Origin: a virus
Lineage: Duplodnaviria > Caudoviricetes
DNA: 64,000 nucleotides
Virus record (IMG/VR): IMGVR_UViG_3300005719_000009
Location: 1 to 64,000 of that record
Reading direction: 5' to 3' (one strand)
Within the stretch, counting starts at the first letter, position 1; each line of letters begins with the position of its first letter. Shown piece after piece: positions 62,262 through 64,000 of this stretch. Position numbers and translations under genes: made by a program. Under the pieces are notes generated by a model. That model worked only from the letters and a program-made list of their open reading frames with translations. It made no database searches and had not been told where the DNA came from.

Positions 62262-62908
62262 TTTACATCTTTAAATTTAACGTATAAACGACAATTGTCA
62301 TCAAAGTGCCTTTTGGGAATAAACCCCTTCATGCACATCAAAAGGTCAAATGAATGGTGCGAGAAGATAGTGCTATGACCGGCTTCGGGGGCCAAATATA
62401 CATAATCTTCAAGTTCAACATTATCTCTTTTTGCTACATCCAGAAAGCCGGTTTCAAAATATGCGAGGCCACCCATAACCAATGAACGATTAATAACATC
62501 CAACTCCATGAACGGGCTGCTGCAATGTTCAATACACTCTACGCAAGTAACAACATGAAATTTGTTTTTTTCGGGCAGCTTTATGAAATCTTCATTGTAG
62601 GCATCATATCCAACGGCATTATATCCAGCTTTATTCAAGTCATTAACAAGCCATCCATAACCGCAGCCAAAATCAAGAACATGAACATCTTCTTTTTTTA
62701 TGCCGTTGGTCATAGTAGCTATACGATCTATGCGTATTGGATTTTGGGTTACATTTCTGCCTTCGTGATGTTGCCCACCTACTAACCCTGTTTGATCAAT
62801 AGGGTCACTAAAAACAACCTTACAGGATTCGCATTGGCAATACTCTGTGTTTTGTTTTACAATTCTTAAAGGGGCCGGATTATTGCAAATAGGACAATTT
62901 TTTTTCAT
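62258..62908 (-). CDS. Class I SAM-dependent methyltransferase with N-terminal Zn ribbon
   Basis: CPIC...CESC; VLDFGCG.G; FHVVTC.E.IEH. Confidence 0.85.
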   Translation of the reverse strand: MKKNCPICNNPAPLRIVKQNTEYCQCESCKVVFSDPIDQTGLVGGQHHEGRNVTQNPIRIDRIATMTNGIKKEDVHVLDFGCGYGWLVNDLNKAGYNAVGYDAYNEDFIKLPEKNKFHVVTCVECIEHCSSPFMELDVINRSLVMGGLAYFETGFLDVAKRDNVELEDYVYLAPEAGHSTIFSHHSFDLLMCMKGFIPKRHFDDNCRLYVKFKDVK

Positions 62909-63152
62909 GTTTTATTTTTTATATCTCCGTGTTCTTATATCATTTAACATCAAGAAGTGATCTCATTTTATTTTAGTGTTTGTAATTGTTTTGAAAATGA
63001 TTTAGGAGTCCATTTTGAGTGCCCGTAGCGTTCTCTACTTTTCATCATTGAATGCCAAAAATAAAGCGCTGCATCATACATCCGGATATTTCTATTGAAA
63101 TAGATCGGTTATTTTTAAGGTACCACCATTTTCTTTTATTAAATCCCATAAC

Positions 63153-63413
63153 TTAGTTTATTTGAATTGACTCTTTTGATTTAATACTTAAAATGCAAAA
63201 TCCCTTCTTGCAAAATCTATCATCTGCAAGAATGTGCGTTATTGTGCCATACCATTCTTCCCCTGAATATTGCTTCAGTTCAGTATCCCATTCCTGCAAG
63301 CAAACATCATCGCCAACCATAAACGGGCGATCATGTTTTCTAACTTCAAATGTTTTTTTGTTCGAAATAATTTCAGCGAAAAATGGCCTTTCTGTTTTTA
63401 ATGCGTGTAACAT
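63153..63413 (-). CDS. DUF3850 / ASCH-like protein
   Basis: H.LK....FF..I....KTFEVRK.DR.F.VGD...L.EW. Confidence 0.85.
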   Translation of the reverse strand: MLHALKTERPFFAEIISNKKTFEVRKHDRPFMVGDDVCLQEWDTELKQYSGEEWYGTITHILADDRFCKKGFCILSIKSKESIQIN

Positions 63414-63414
63414 T

Positions 63415-63648
63415 TTAACTTTGTTTTTTTATTTCAATATTAATTTCTCTCGGGTCTTTATGTACTCCGACTTTTAGTTTTTCAATTAATTCATCGGCCT
63501 TTTTCTCATAATATTTTTTTTGCTGCTTCAGAACTACGCCATAATTTTTCTCCCATAGTAAAGTAAACTTACGCAAGTTGGTTATTACATGGATTAGTTC
63601 TTCAGCAACCTGAATAAGTTCTTCTTCTGAATTTATTTTCACAATCAT
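63415..63648 (-). CDS. Hypothetical protein
   Basis: Packed ORF. Confidence 0.55.
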   Translation of the reverse strand: MIVKINSEEELIQVAEELIHVITNLRKFTLLWEKNYGVVLKQQKKYYEKKADELIEKLKVGVHKDPREINIEIKKQS

Positions 63649-63666
63649 TGGTGTGGTTTTTAAATA

Positions 63667-64000
63667 TCAAAATGGCAAGTCAGAGTCATCCGTGGATGCA
63701 TTTGGGGGATCGCCAAACGGCTTATAACCTTGATCACTGCTTGCCGGTGCTGATTGTGCTTGTGATTGGTTCTGCGTACTATCGTCTCTTCTGCCGCTAC
63801 TCAATAACTGAAGAGAGAATACTCTTAAATTCAAATACGGCTGCGGCTCCCCTTCTTTCTTTTTCCATATCTTAGCTTCAGGTATTCCCTCTACGTACAC
63901 CAGAGTACCTTTCCTCATATATTGAGCAATATTTGTATTTTCTACCCACCAAGAGCAGCTTACCCATGTAGTTTTTTCTTTTTGTATGCCGTTGTCTCTC
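63667..64000 (-). CDS. ssb: Single-stranded DNA-binding protein, 5' end outside the window
   Basis: Frame open to the window edge (KEKTTWVSCSWW...IAQYMRKGTLVYVEG); acidic DDSDLPF tail. Confidence 0.9.
   Translation of the reverse strand, partial: RDNGIQKEKTTWVSCSWWVENTNIAQYMRKGTLVYVEGIPEAKIWKKKEGEPQPYLNLRVFSLQLLSSGRRDDSTQNQSQAQSAPASSDQGYKPFGDPPNASTDDSDLPF

Noticed and set aside
2306-63875. Many antisense or alternate-frame ORFs in the track (e.g. 2306..2497, 7336..7770, 9223..9852, 41335..41934, 56882..57274)
   Set aside because: They shadow well-supported genes and show no motifs or initiation context; only 35665..35820 was retained
1-64000. CRISPR array, integrase/att site, DGR, alternative genetic code
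   Set aside because: No regularly spaced repeats, recombinase or reverse transcriptase; long genes are intact in code 11

Overview
A 64-kb slice of an AT-rich, lytic-looking tailed phage infecting a Bacteroidota host. The host call rests on TTTG-N19/20-TAnnTTT(G/A) promoters, A-rich SD-less starts, Q-rule signal peptides and a GH19 lysin. No integrase, CRISPR array, DNA polymerase or virion RNA polymerase was recognised. Layout: (1) 1-12.8 kb, minus strand: small accessory and recombination genes (RusA-like, Tad2-like, Acb2/Tad1-like, beta-clamp-domain fragment, Nudix, YqaJ-like exonuclease, HNH, ECF sigma) and a cluster of aberrant tRNA-like genes; (2) 12.8-13.4 kb: GC-rich divergent non-coding junction, possibly the origin or genome end; (3) 13.5-24.3 kb, plus strand: about 35 small early genes behind four repeated host-type promoters, with a hammerhead ribozyme and a tRNA top-half mimic, ending in exported proteins and a second ECF sigma; (4) 24.4-64 kb, minus strand: lysis genes, a signal-peptide-bearing fibre, ejection proteins, a crAss-like podovirus tail/capsid/terminase/portal block, an RHH-GroEL-GroES-double-GroES operon, a glycosyltransferase/methyltransferase cluster and SSB (truncated). 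Most striking: a circularly permuted tRNA-like RNA, an 87-aa protein carrying a copy of the major capsid N-terminal motif, a small gene overprinted inside the 1694-aa ejection protein, and a fibre with a Sec signal and about 20 Bacteroidota O-glycosylation sequons. All family assignments are from motif recognition by eye; no searches were run.
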